Made by a program: the position numbers and the translations under genes. Positions 28,835 to 38,179 of a stretch of 64,000 bases of DNA are shown here, in pieces. Origin of the DNA: a virus. The DNA lies in IMG/VR virus record IMGVR_UViG_3300042445_000711, positions 1-64,000 of that record; one strand, written 5' to 3'. Under the pieces are notes generated by a model that was not told the DNA's origin, ran no database searches, and worked only from the letters and a program-made list of their open reading frames with translations. The first letter of the stretch is position 1, and the number at the start of each line of letters is the position of its first letter.

Positions 28835-30250
28835 CTATAATTTTACATTTATCATAACCGAATTTTCATCCAATTGTTCTATATTAACTAATTCGTATTT
28901 TAATGTACTCAAACCATCGTTTTTATAATCAATTTTATCTTGTTGCATTTCTAAAACATATCTTCTTTCGTTTCTGGCAGTTGTTTCTCCCTTTGCCCAT
29001 TTTTCAATACCACCCACATTAATTAACCCCTCTGTTCTATGTGGTAAACATAAGAATTTTCCATTTCTTCTATGCGGTAATATGGTGTGAGGAATTTCAA
29101 TGAGTTCATTTTTATATTCAACATTTGTAGATTCTCCAAAATCTAACGCCATAGTACAAATATCCAATACTAAATTTTCTTCTGGAGTATTAGTGTGTAG
29201 ATTTTTTATTTCTATTGGAGATAAACATCTATCCCATAATTTTATTTCAGCAATAGCACCTTTAAAATATGATTCGGTAGGGGATTTAGAATATCCAATA
29301 CAAAACGGCTCAAACCCATATCTTTTTAAATTTTCAGTAAAATGCAATGGAGATTGAGTACCAGTACCTAATCTTGCATCACTTTCTTTTCCGTTTAAAT
29401 AAAAATGTATTTTTTTATTATCATTATCAACTGCCATTGTTACCCAACTCCATTGATTTTCATATCGTTTAATCCATTGATATAAATGTTGTTTGGTTCT
29501 ATCCCAAAGTTGCATTGTATATGCTCTACTATTATTAAATGATAATCCCCAATCGTAACCAGGTTTTCTGAATATTGGATACTCTACAAATTGTCTTTCA
29601 GAATCTCCAATTAACCAAATAGGAACTTTTTCTATTTGTTGGTCTGCCTTTACTAATACAGAAATTGTGTGAGATTTTGATAAACACTCTCTTTGTTCAA
29701 TTGAAGGTCTGAATTTTATTTTTGAATCAATACCATTAAAATATCCTACAACTCTTTCCTCACTATATTCTAATTTTGTTTTATTAGCATATCCTTCTTT
29801 TACACATCTCCAAAATAAGTCATCATCCTCCATACCCCAATCCCAATAATCGTTAGAATAACCATTTGTTCTTTCTACTTGTTCTTTTGAGAATATAACT
29901 GCACCACCGAAATACTCTTCGTATTTTAGTTGATAATCTGATTGTGAGATACGAACTGCTATGTGTTGGGGGTTATCATTAGGAAACGAATAATCGCAAG
30001 TGTCATCCTCTGGAACCATATCTATATCGTGCCATACAATGTAATCACATCCATCTTCAAATGCGTGTTTAGCTGCTATATTTTTCATAGCACCTCTGTT
30101 AAACAACTTATCATCTACTTGATGTGCAAAATATATTTTAAAATCAATATTGGCTTCTTTTAAAAATTTAGAAACCGTTGGTATAAATTGTTTTAAATGT
30201 TGTTCTCTATTTCTATATGGAACACATACACCTAATTTATGTTTCGTCAT
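28835..30250 (-). CDS. GT7 (beta-1,4-galactosyltransferase-like) glycosyltransferase with an internal LamG-like domain
   Basis: VPYRNR, FNRG, HDID, YFGG, NGYSN.YWDWGMEDDD, then an insert (FYLNG, FKGAIAEIKLW), then DGLSTL. Confidence 0.9.
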   Translation of the reverse strand: MTKHKLGVCVPYRNREQHLKQFIPTVSKFLKEANIDFKIYFAHQVDDKLFNRGAMKNIAAKHAFEDGCDYIVWHDIDMVPEDDTCDYSFPNDNPQHIAVRISQSDYQLKYEEYFGGAVIFSKEQVERTNGYSNDYWDWGMEDDDLFWRCVKEGYANKTKLEYSEERVVGYFNGIDSKIKFRPSIEQRECLSKSHTISVLVKADQQIEKVPIWLIGDSERQFVEYPIFRKPGYDWGLSFNNSRAYTMQLWDRTKQHLYQWIKRYENQWSWVTMAVDNDNKKIHFYLNGKESDARLGTGTQSPLHFTENLKRYGFEPFCIGYSKSPTESYFKGAIAEIKLWDRCLSPIEIKNLHTNTPEENLVLDICTMALDFGESTNVEYKNELIEIPHTILPHRRNGKFLCLPHRTEGLINVGGIEKWAKGETTARNERRYVLEMQQDKIDYKNDGLSTLKYELVNIEQLDENSVMINVKL

Positions 30251-31680
30251 ATTCCTACATTAATATGCATTATTTTATTACTATGATGAAATTTACTATG
30301 TTCAATAAATTCCAAAGTTGATAATCCATCGTTTTTTATTAATTCATAATTGTGAAAAACTTCATTTTGAAATCTTAACTGATTCCATCTTGTAGACTGG
30401 TCTTTCCACCCATTTCCTAAAAATCCATTTTCTTCGTGTTTTAATAATCTAAAAGTACATTGTCTTCTATGAGGTATTTTAACTTCTGTAAATTCTGGAT
30501 ATTCCTCATCAACTATTTCACAATTTACAATTTTACCTTCTAATCCACTATTTGTTATATCTAATAAAGTATAATATTCTATTACATTTGCATCAAAATA
30601 CGTTTTTAAAGAATTATTTGATTTATAATTACCAAAAGGTTTCATTAATGATTTTGTTTCATTTGTTGAAATTTCTAATATTTCTTCATCTGATAAAACA
30701 TCATCAAAATATGCAAAAGTAGATATTGTACCTTTAAAATGATTTGGTATAGTTTCTCTTCCAGGTTTACCTGCTCCTAAATAAAATTTTGGTTCTTTTC
30801 TATAAAAATGTAATCTTTTAAACTTTTCAGTTTTGCCAATAAAAACACCATCCTGATATAATCTAATTGTATTTTCGGTTTTATCTAATACTACTGCAAT
30901 AGTTGTTTTGTATCTTGGTTTTATTTCTGAATTTATAAAATACGAATTATGTTCTGTATCGAATGCACAAAAATTATACCTAGAAAATGAATTATAACAA
31001 ATAGCAAAATCCCAACCAGGAATACTAAATACAGTAAACTCATCGGTTGGTTTTGTATGGTCTAATGGTTTTTCTTCTGGATAAAAATTTATAAAAAAGG
31101 TTGCATTATTATTTAAGTTAATAACATTATTACATTCAATATATGAATCGATACCATTAAACTTTAATGCTTTTCCCTTTCTACCTATATTACGAATTTT
31201 AAATGTGTCTAAATCAACTTTATTAACTTTACATCTTAATAACAAATCAGTATCTTCAAATCCCCATCCCCAATATTTGTTAGAGTAACCATTTATTTTT
31301 TCAAAATCTTTTACTGGAAATAATGTAACTCCACCAAAATATTCTTGAAAAGTATCTCTTTTTTTCTCATTGTTTTCTAACACAAAATTAGTTGCAAGAT
31401 GTAGTGGTTTATCCGAATACGAATAATCTACATCAACTGGCAACATATCAATATCGTGGAACACTACATAATCACATCTAGCTTTTAAAGCATAATTAAA
31501 TCCTATATTAAGTAATGTTCCTCTATTAAATTGTTTTGCATCATCCTGGTCAACTATGATGATTTTATGTTCTATATTACGAGAGATTAGGTAATTGGAC
31601 ATATAATCCAAAAACACCTTTAATTGAGTTTCTCTTCTTCTATATGGAACAATAACACCAAGTCTATGTCTATCCATCAA
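30247..31680 (-). CDS. GT7 glycosyltransferase with an internal LamG-like domain
   Basis: VPYRRR, FNRG, HDID, WGWGFEDTD, then an insert (LYQDG, FKGTI), then DGLSTL. Confidence 0.9.
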   Translation of the reverse strand: MMDRHRLGVIVPYRRRETQLKVFLDYMSNYLISRNIEHKIIIVDQDDAKQFNRGTLLNIGFNYALKARCDYVVFHDIDMLPVDVDYSYSDKPLHLATNFVLENNEKKRDTFQEYFGGVTLFPVKDFEKINGYSNKYWGWGFEDTDLLLRCKVNKVDLDTFKIRNIGRKGKALKFNGIDSYIECNNVINLNNNATFFINFYPEEKPLDHTKPTDEFTVFSIPGWDFAICYNSFSRYNFCAFDTEHNSYFINSEIKPRYKTTIAVVLDKTENTIRLYQDGVFIGKTEKFKRLHFYRKEPKFYLGAGKPGRETIPNHFKGTISTFAYFDDVLSDEEILEISTNETKSLMKPFGNYKSNNSLKTYFDANVIEYYTLLDITNSGLEGKIVNCEIVDEEYPEFTEVKIPHRRQCTFRLLKHEENGFLGNGWKDQSTRWNQLRFQNEVFHNYELIKNDGLSTLEFIEHSKFHHSNKIMHINVGI

Positions 31681-31858
31681 TTGTTGGGTCTTTTGGTTTT
31701 GCTACTTTATGCCATTCAGCTAAATAATATTGTGCTCTATCACTCCACTCTTGTTTGTCAATTTCTTCAAACCAAACTGTAAGCGCATCTAATGTAGAAG
31801 CAATTTTTTCTAATGCTTTTACTTTCTTTTTTTCTAATTCAAATTGTTCTTCTGTCAT
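31670..31858 (-). CDS. Hypothetical 62-aa protein
   Basis: Overlaps both neighbours in the same orientation. Confidence 0.7.
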   Translation of the reverse strand: MTEEQFELEKKKVKALEKIASTLDALTVWFEEIDKQEWSDRAQYYLAEWHKVAKPKDPTIDG

Positions 31859-32703
31859 ATTGATATTATTTGTTTAATTAATTGTTCCCACTTTGAATAC
31901 CCTAAATAATGATAAGTTGGTGATAATTCAAACCCAAACCTTTCATCATCTAATGGTAATTTAAATCTATACTTTGATAATGCTCTATACATAACTCTGT
32001 ATTCTTCCGAATATGAGTAATCTTTATTTTGATTTGCAACGTGCCTAATTCTACCCGCGCAAGTACTATCCCATTTAAAATGATGAACTTGTACATTATA
32101 CATTTCAATTGGTGCAATTAAAGGATGCTTCCAACCTTGCCATTTCCAAGTTGTATGTCCATCTATCTTTGCATAATGTTGTCCGTTTGTAATCTCAACA
32201 TATCCTTTTGCAATACAAATCTTATTAGGATTTGCACCACTTAATGGGTGTCTAAAAAATCCAGCATATGGAAACTTTTCGAATATATCATCTGTATCTA
32301 ATAACTCAACCATCTCCCCATCTACACCAATTCTATCTACGAATCCACCTCTAACCATATCCCATCCATTCATATCGCAAGCTGCTATAATAGATTTAAG
32401 TGAATACGAATAAGAGTGAAACTCATCATCATCTGATATTACCCACCAATCATTAGGATGCGAGGATTTAACTTCGTTGTAAAGTTTAGTTACTTTTTCC
32501 CAATTATATAATTCTTCAACTACTACTTTTACTATTTTAGCATTTCGAAATTGAGATACGATATTTTGAACCTCTGCTAAATTGGATTGCTCTTCCCAAT
32601 CATACACAACGATATGCATTTCATCCACCATATCTGTATAGTGGTTTAACATATGTTTTAATGTTGTTGTTCTAGAACCTGTTACTGTAACTAATCTAAT
32701 CAT
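31855..32703 (-). CDS. GT-A fold glycosyltransferase (GT2-like)
   Basis: MLNHY, WWVISDDDEF (DxD), GQH, VHHFKW. Confidence 0.82.
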   Translation of the reverse strand: MIRLVTVTGSRTTTLKHMLNHYTDMVDEMHIVVYDWEEQSNLAEVQNIVSQFRNAKIVKVVVEELYNWEKVTKLYNEVKSSHPNDWWVISDDDEFHSYSYSLKSIIAACDMNGWDMVRGGFVDRIGVDGEMVELLDTDDIFEKFPYAGFFRHPLSGANPNKICIAKGYVEITNGQHYAKIDGHTTWKWQGWKHPLIAPIEMYNVQVHHFKWDSTCAGRIRHVANQNKDYSYSEEYRVMYRALSKYRFKLPLDDERFGFELSPTYHYLGYSKWEQLIKQIISI

Positions 32704-33467
32704 TTTCTTCTAACTAATGTAAGACCTGTTGATGATGGTTTATTTTTTACTATTCCAAAGTTAAATAAATCAAATGTTTCCCATTTTGGATTTTCTTTTA
32801 ATTCTTTTACAAACTGAATAGGACCATTCCAATCTTCGTGGTCATTTCTATCTTTAACTTCGTTTGTAACTAAGTAACTATCCGCAAAATTAGGGTCAGT
32901 ATCGTGAATAGAAATAATTCCATTTCGGGATAAGAGTTGGGAATATAATTCAAAATCTTCTTTAACATTTTCATAACTGTGTCCTGCATCTATATGTAAG
33001 TAATCAATTTTAATATCATTTAATACAAAAAAATTATGGAATGCTTCTTCTGTAGTAGTTCCTAAAATACGAGGATGAAAGGTTCTTCTAAAAAATGATT
33101 CTTCTTTGAACCAATCTACCTTACCACCAATGCCATTCATAGCATCAACTACATAAGTAACCCCAATATCTCCCCAATTTAAGTTAGCATCACCTTCAAA
33201 TATACCTTGTCTGTATAAATCATATCTTGCCTGAGTCATTAATCTAGGCACAAAACCCCCACCACTACCTAAACAAACGCAAACTTTTGCTCTCATATAC
33301 TGAATAAGAGAATAAATAATTAAACCATCTCCTAAATGAGTATCAGTTGCTCCATGTGACCATCTGTATGGAACTGGTATTACTTCTTCTTCCTGATGTT
33401 CATTGAATTCTAAATTATTTGTTAAGTAACTTTTTAAGTAGTGTATATCTTGTAGTACTGGTAGCAT
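32700..33467 (-). CDS. Class I SAM-dependent methyltransferase (Methyltransf_24-like)
   Basis: VCLGSGGG, LHIDAGHSYE, GIISIHDT. Confidence 0.88.
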   Translation of the reverse strand: MLPVLQDIHYLKSYLTNNLEFNEHQEEEVIPVPYRWSHGATDTHLGDGLIIYSLIQYMRAKVCVCLGSGGGFVPRLMTQARYDLYRQGIFEGDANLNWGDIGVTYVVDAMNGIGGKVDWFKEESFFRRTFHPRILGTTTEEAFHNFFVLNDIKIDYLHIDAGHSYENVKEDFELYSQLLSRNGIISIHDTDPNFADSYLVTNEVKDRNDHEDWNGPIQFVKELKENPKWETFDLFNFGIVKNKPSSTGLTLVRRK

Positions 33468-33500
33468 TGTCAGTTTTTTAGCTTGGTAATTAAAAGTACA

Positions 33501-34490
33501 TCAAATATACGAAAAAAAATTCAGATTAACAACTGTTTCTATCCATTTATTTTTATCAGTAAATTTTTCCAATCCTTTCTTTAATCTATCAAATTGTTTT
33601 TTATTTTTTTCAAATCCATCTTCTAATATTCGTAGATACTGATAATGAAATTGTTTTTTATTCATTGCTCTGTATCTGTATTTAATATCTTTCATCCAAT
33701 CAGAATGTATTATAGGTAATTTGCCATTATCTATTGCATCAAATATTGCATATCCAAATGGTTCTTTGGTATAACAACCGTGAAATATCTTGAATTGTTT
33801 TTGAAAAAATGTGTTGTGGAAACGATAATCAAATTCTATAAAAGTATGCACATCTGTATTTATCTTACTACCCTCCAACATTCGTTTATAATCGTATTTG
33901 TTTGAAAATATGAAAGCAGGTATCCCATCTAAGTAATGAGCATTTTTTCTTGTTTCACATCTTGCAGCATAACCAATCTTATTACTTACTACCTCTGTAT
34001 ATGGTTTGTTTTGTTTCCATTCATAGTAGTTTGGTATTGTAATTGTATTTGGATAGTATGTATGTATTGTATCTTTTTCATAACCTATCCATACGATATT
34101 TTTAGAATTGTCCAAAATATCCTTTTGCCAATGCCAATCCATTCTTGTCATTAGATTTTCGTACTCATCATTTAATCCCAACATATCAGGAATAAATGCA
34201 TGAACAAACGTTGTGTGAGTTTTGTGAAGATACTTTTTGATTATAGGATTTGGTTTGTAAGAATGGTGTAAAAAAACTATTTTATCACATTCATCTAATA
34301 TCCTATCTATTTCTTCATCATTTCCAAAAGTGTAGATTGCATCTTTTTCTGGCAATAGGGGTCTACCATCAACTACAATTTTATAATCTTCTGTAACTAA
34401 TGGTAAGATGCTCTCTACAAAGTTGTTACACCATATATCAGAACCACCTACTATATTTTTTCCGTAACCAGTTGTAATGAATACTATCAT
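33501..34490 (-). CDS. GT-B fold glycosyltransferase (GT4-like)
   Basis: N-terminal VGGSD, YAARCETRKN, EPFGYAIFDAI..GKLPI. Confidence 0.8.
   Translation of the reverse strand: MIVFITTGYGKNIVGGSDIWCNNFVESILPLVTEDYKIVVDGRPLLPEKDAIYTFGNDEEIDRILDECDKIVFLHHSYKPNPIIKKYLHKTHTTFVHAFIPDMLGLNDEYENLMTRMDWHWQKDILDNSKNIVWIGYEKDTIHTYYPNTITIPNYYEWKQNKPYTEVVSNKIGYAARCETRKNAHYLDGIPAFIFSNKYDYKRMLEGSKINTDVHTFIEFDYRFHNTFFQKQFKIFHGCYTKEPFGYAIFDAIDNGKLPIIHSDWMKDIKYRYRAMNKKQFHYQYLRILEDGFEKNKKQFDRLKKGLEKFTDKNKWIETVVNLNFFSYI
33502..33533 (-). promoter_or_regulatory. Bacteroidota-type primary-sigma promoter ahead of the minus-strand arm of the island
   Basis: GTTG-N20-TATATTTG on the minus strand (consensus TTTG-N19-21-TAnnTTTG). 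Confidence 0.65.
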
Positions 34491-37400
34491 ATAGAACCAC
34501 TAATTCTTGCTTCTAATTCTTCTACTCTTTTATTTAAGTCTTGTACTACCTTCACCATAGATGAAAATATAGATTGATAATATACACCATCTACACTTCC
34601 AGAATTATCATGAATTACCCAATCGGTATATCCCAAATCAGAAACTTCTTCTGCTATAAGTCCTGAGTGCAATGCATTTGAAACTGTTGTATCTTTATCT
34701 TTAAAAGATACAATATTTAAATCTAAAATTCTTTTTGCAGATTCTAATGGTAGGGGGTTTATTTCTTTTTTATATTTTCTGGATGATGACACCTTTTTTA
34801 CACGTCCACTGGTATCAACACCTAAAGTAGTTAAACCAGATGCTGAATATAAAAAATCAAATGTTAATGAATCCGAATGACCACCTTGATTGGTATCATT
34901 TTGATATAATCTGATTCTCTGTGTAAACATTGAATAATCATACACCAAACTACCAAATCCAGAACCTACAAAGTCTATACCACTTGATGTTAATCTTAAT
35001 TGACCAAATGTTATACCTAAACTATTTAAAGTAGCACTACCTGCCGTTACATCTCCTGAAAATGAACCACCTGTAGCAGTAATATTTCCTCTAAATGATG
35101 CGTTACCACTACTATCTATAAAAAAGTTTTTTGCAGAAATCCATCCACCTGAACCTAATCTAATACCACTTGTTGTGAAAGAACCATCACCACCACCTGC
35201 TGCATTTGCGGTTAATTGTGAAGCCGACATTGACCAACCACCAATTGTTCCCGATGTTGATTTCAAAATACCAGCGGGTGTTACACTAAATGGTGCATCA
35301 GCAAATGTTGCATTACCCAAATAAATACCATTACTATCTGCTTTAAAAATGCTATTACCACTACCGATTGCAATACCTCCTGTAAATGTGCCAGTTGCCG
35401 CTGATATATCTCCACTAAATGTTCCACTTCCGTTTATTGAAAGTACACTACCATTAAATGAAAGTTTATCACCTAATGAAAAATTACCAGTACTATCCAC
35501 ATAAAATCCAGTATTTGAATTTCCGTATGTACCACTACCTATATAAATTCTTTTATTTACACCATCTAATACAATACCCGCATCACCTACTCTAAATTGA
35601 TTACTAAAATATCCAATAGTTCCACCAATTACAGGTGCAAAAATTGTTGTAGAACTTATGAATGCTCCTGTATAACCGCCATCTGCTAAAGATTTAACTT
35701 GTGCCGCTGCGGAAGCAAATGCCGCATTTGATTTGGATGTAGCATCAGATGAGGCAGTTGCTATTGCATCATTTTTTGCATTATTTGCTTTAGTAGTTGC
35801 ATCACTAGCTGCAGTTGCTATTGCATCATTTTTTGCATTATTTGCTTTAGTAGTTGCATCACTAGCTGCGGTTGATATTGCAGTATCGGCTTTTGATTGG
35901 GCACCAGATGTTGTTTCTGCGTTACCACCGGTTACTGTTATAGAACCATTTACTGATAAGTTTGTTCCATCGTAAGATAATTTATTACCTAATGAAAATT
36001 TACCCGTACTATCTAAATAAACATTTGTATTTGTATTATTAAATGCTCCTGAATATTCATTATACACCGTATCAGATGGATTTACTATTCCACCAATAAA
36101 TATTTTTCTAGGGTTTTGTCTTGCATCTAAATAAATTGATGGGGTTGTACCAACTTTAAATAATTCACTAAAGTATCCAAGTTGTCCACCAATAACAGGA
36201 GAATAAATTGAATCATTTTCTATAAATGTTCCTGAATATCCACCATTTGCTAATTGTTGTACTCTTGCAAAAGCATCTGCTTTTGCATTACTAATACTTG
36301 TACTTACACTACTACTTAAAGATGTAATTGATGCAGATACCGAACCACTTAGTACTCCGATTGTACCACTTACAGAACCACTTAACACTCCAATAGTTCC
36401 ACTTACAGAACCACTTAGTGTTACTATAGAACCACTTACAGAACCACTTAAAGTAACTACACTACCACTAACTACCGATAAACTACCACTAACAGATGAA
36501 CTATTATTTGTAACCGTTCCACTAATAGAAGATGATACTCTATTTAAATCTGCTAAAGATTGAGATGTAGATGAACTAATTAAAAGTATAGTACCACCAA
36601 TATTTGTATTACCACCAGTAAATGTTGCACTCTGAGTTACTTCAACGGGTACATAATTATTATTTATATCGTAAAATTCAAATTTAAAATTAAATGTTTC
36701 ATTACCCAATACTGTTGGCATTGTTGTAATAAATCCAATTTCATCAGGTGAGAATGCCGTATCTTCTGATAATTTTAAACTAATATTACCCAAATGCCAT
36801 TCTCCTTGTGATTGTGAAAAATATAAAGATGCAGTTGGGAAATCTCTATCTATTTTAAAAGGTATAGTTGTATCTAATAAATTTTTAGTTGGTTGTGTTC
36901 CTGCTAAAGTTGCAATACTACTACTTGTTGAACCTGATACTAAATAAATTCCTAAATTACTATCTATTGATGATGAGTAAAATACATCTAAATTTAATTC
37001 GTAAGTATTTGTACTTTTTAAATCTAAAGATTGTGTATATGTAAATAAACCACTACCTGTCAATCTAACACCCGCTTCAACTCTACTCGATGTAAGGAAC
37101 GCATTTAATGAACCTGTATTCCATTGAGTTTTTAAAACTTCAGATGTAAATATACCTGTATTACCAACTACACTACCTGTAAGTTCATCTGTTGTTAATA
37201 ATTCTTTTGATTCAACTAATATATCTTGTATTAAATCATAATCGGAAATATCACCAATTGATGTTCTAAAAACTTTTACTCTTTTTACATCACCCGCAAA
37301 TGTTTCTAAATTTGAAAGTTTTATATTAGCAAAAGATTGAGTAACTGCCGATGCAACTTTTGTATCACCAACAAATGAATAAATTGGATTTAATATTTCA

Positions 37401-37921
37401 CTAATGGAAGCAGTTGGTCTTCTATAAAACCTAATTCTTGTATCATTTGCTAAAGATGGTACTACGTTAATTTCTTTTTGCCACTTAACGTTATAACTAC
37501 CTTCCCAATTTGCAGGTATAGGAGTATTTATTCCATTATTATCATATGATGCCAATTCACCTAATATTGTAATAGTAGATGGACCATATGCAGTATCCGG
37601 ATATATGTAAACCGAAACTACTTTAGAAACACCTTCATAATATTCAGTTACAATTGGTTCTCCGTTTACTGATGCTGAAACTATACCTTCACCTGGTTCG
37701 TGGTATATTATATCACCTTTTGAATCTTTTAATTCAATTTTTATTAAACTATCGGCAACCAAATATTCTGAACCTTGTATAAGGAATGCGTTTTTACCAC
37801 CAGTAAATGTATCGGGAAGTTCTGTTAATTTAAAATATTTGCTTAACGGGTCTGTATCTGTAACAAATGTATTATATTTGTCTAAATTATCAGCAAATAA
37901 TGTTTTTTTAATGATTGCCAT
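34487..37921 (-). CDS. Tail fibre/spike protein with C-terminal peptidase S74 intramolecular chaperone
   Basis: Gly/Ser-rich beta repeats. C-terminus has SSRKYKKEI...GLIAEEV...VQDLNKRVEELEARI. Confidence 0.9.
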   Translation of the reverse strand: MAIIKKTLFADNLDKYNTFVTDTDPLSKYFKLTELPDTFTGGKNAFLIQGSEYLVADSLIKIELKDSKGDIIYHEPGEGIVSASVNGEPIVTEYYEGVSKVVSVYIYPDTAYGPSTITILGELASYDNNGINTPIPANWEGSYNVKWQKEINVVPSLANDTRIRFYRRPTASISEILNPIYSFVGDTKVASAVTQSFANIKLSNLETFAGDVKRVKVFRTSIGDISDYDLIQDILVESKELLTTDELTGSVVGNTGIFTSEVLKTQWNTGSLNAFLTSSRVEAGVRLTGSGLFTYTQSLDLKSTNTYELNLDVFYSSSIDSNLGIYLVSGSTSSSIATLAGTQPTKNLLDTTIPFKIDRDFPTASLYFSQSQGEWHLGNISLKLSEDTAFSPDEIGFITTMPTVLGNETFNFKFEFYDINNNYVPVEVTQSATFTGGNTNIGGTILLISSSTSQSLADLNRVSSSISGTVTNNSSSVSGSLSVVSGSVVTLSGSVSGSIVTLSGSVSGTIGVLSGSVSGTIGVLSGSVSASITSLSSSVSTSISNAKADAFARVQQLANGGYSGTFIENDSIYSPVIGGQLGYFSELFKVGTTPSIYLDARQNPRKIFIGGIVNPSDTVYNEYSGAFNNTNTNVYLDSTGKFSLGNKLSYDGTNLSVNGSITVTGGNAETTSGAQSKADTAISTAASDATTKANNAKNDAIATAASDATTKANNAKNDAIATASSDATSKSNAAFASAAAQVKSLADGGYTGAFISSTTIFAPVIGGTIGYFSNQFRVGDAGIVLDGVNKRIYIGSGTYGNSNTGFYVDSTGNFSLGDKLSFNGSVLSINGSGTFSGDISAATGTFTGGIAIGSGNSIFKADSNGIYLGNATFADAPFSVTPAGILKSTSGTIGGWSMSASQLTANAAGGGDGSFTTSGIRLGSGGWISAKNFFIDSSGNASFRGNITATGGSFSGDVTAGSATLNSLGITFGQLRLTSSGIDFVGSGFGSLVYDYSMFTQRIRLYQNDTNQGGHSDSLTFDFLYSASGLTTLGVDTSGRVKKVSSSRKYKKEINPLPLESAKRILDLNIVSFKDKDTTVSNALHSGLIAEEVSDLGYTDWVIHDNSGSVDGVYYQSIFSSMVKVVQDLNKRVEELEARISGSI
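35754..35867. repeat. Exact 57-bp tandem duplication (AASDATTKANNAKNDAIAT x2) in the tail fibre
   Basis: Identical units start at 35754 and 35811, with degenerate flanking copies. Confidence 0.9.
36340..36525. repeat. Degenerate 33-bp (11-aa SGSVSGT/SxxxL) tandem repeats in the tail fibre
   Basis: Recurrent ccacttacagaaccactta; the protein reads SGSVSGTIGVL twice plus variants. Confidence 0.8.
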
Positions 37922-37936
37922 TCGTAATATCTTTAA

Positions 37937-37946
37937 TATAAATATC
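37937..37946 (-). promoter_or_regulatory. GATATTTATA motif upstream of the tail fibre
   Basis: Same motif as upstream of other structural genes. Confidence 0.6.
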
Positions 37947-37974
37947 CTAAAAAAATATATTTTACATAATTATA

Positions 37975-38009
37975 TAAAGAAAACTAATAATTACTAAAGA
38001 AAACTAATA
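37975..38009 (+). repeat. 15-bp direct repeat TAAAGAAAACTAATA x2, candidate operator
   Basis: Copies at 37975-37989 and 37995-38009 (20-bp period), abutting the RHH start codon. Confidence 0.7.
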
Positions 38010-38179
38010 TGAAATATGCAATGTTACAAATAAAAAAAGAAACCCACGAACTTCTCAAAGAATATTGTGAAGAACATGGGTTCAAAATGGGTAGTTTGGT
38101 TGAAAATTTAATTAAAAAACACGTCGGTGTCCATAAACCATCTGTAAATATTTTAAGAGTGGATAAGATTAGAAATTAA
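38009..38179 (+). CDS. 56-aa ribbon-helix-helix-like DNA-binding protein
   Basis: Manual translation MKYAMLQIKKETHELLKEYCEEHGFKMGSLVENLIKKHVG... It has a beta-strand plus two helices pattern. Not in the ORF track. Confidence 0.75.
   Translation: MKYAMLQIKKETHELLKEYCEEHGFKMGSLVENLIKKHVGVHKPSVNILRVDKIRN

Noticed and set aside
21313-31858. RiPP cluster with the 62-aa or 41-aa ORF as precursor
   Set aside because: No RRE domain, leader/core pattern, dedicated peptidase or exporter was recognised, and the context is glycan enzymes. Disfavoured but not excluded.
8780-34490. Bacterial O-antigen/capsule locus or giant eukaryotic virus origin
   Set aside because: The island is contiguous with terminase, tail fibre and baseplate genes, has bacterial-type promoters and coupled operons, and lacks export or polymerase genes.
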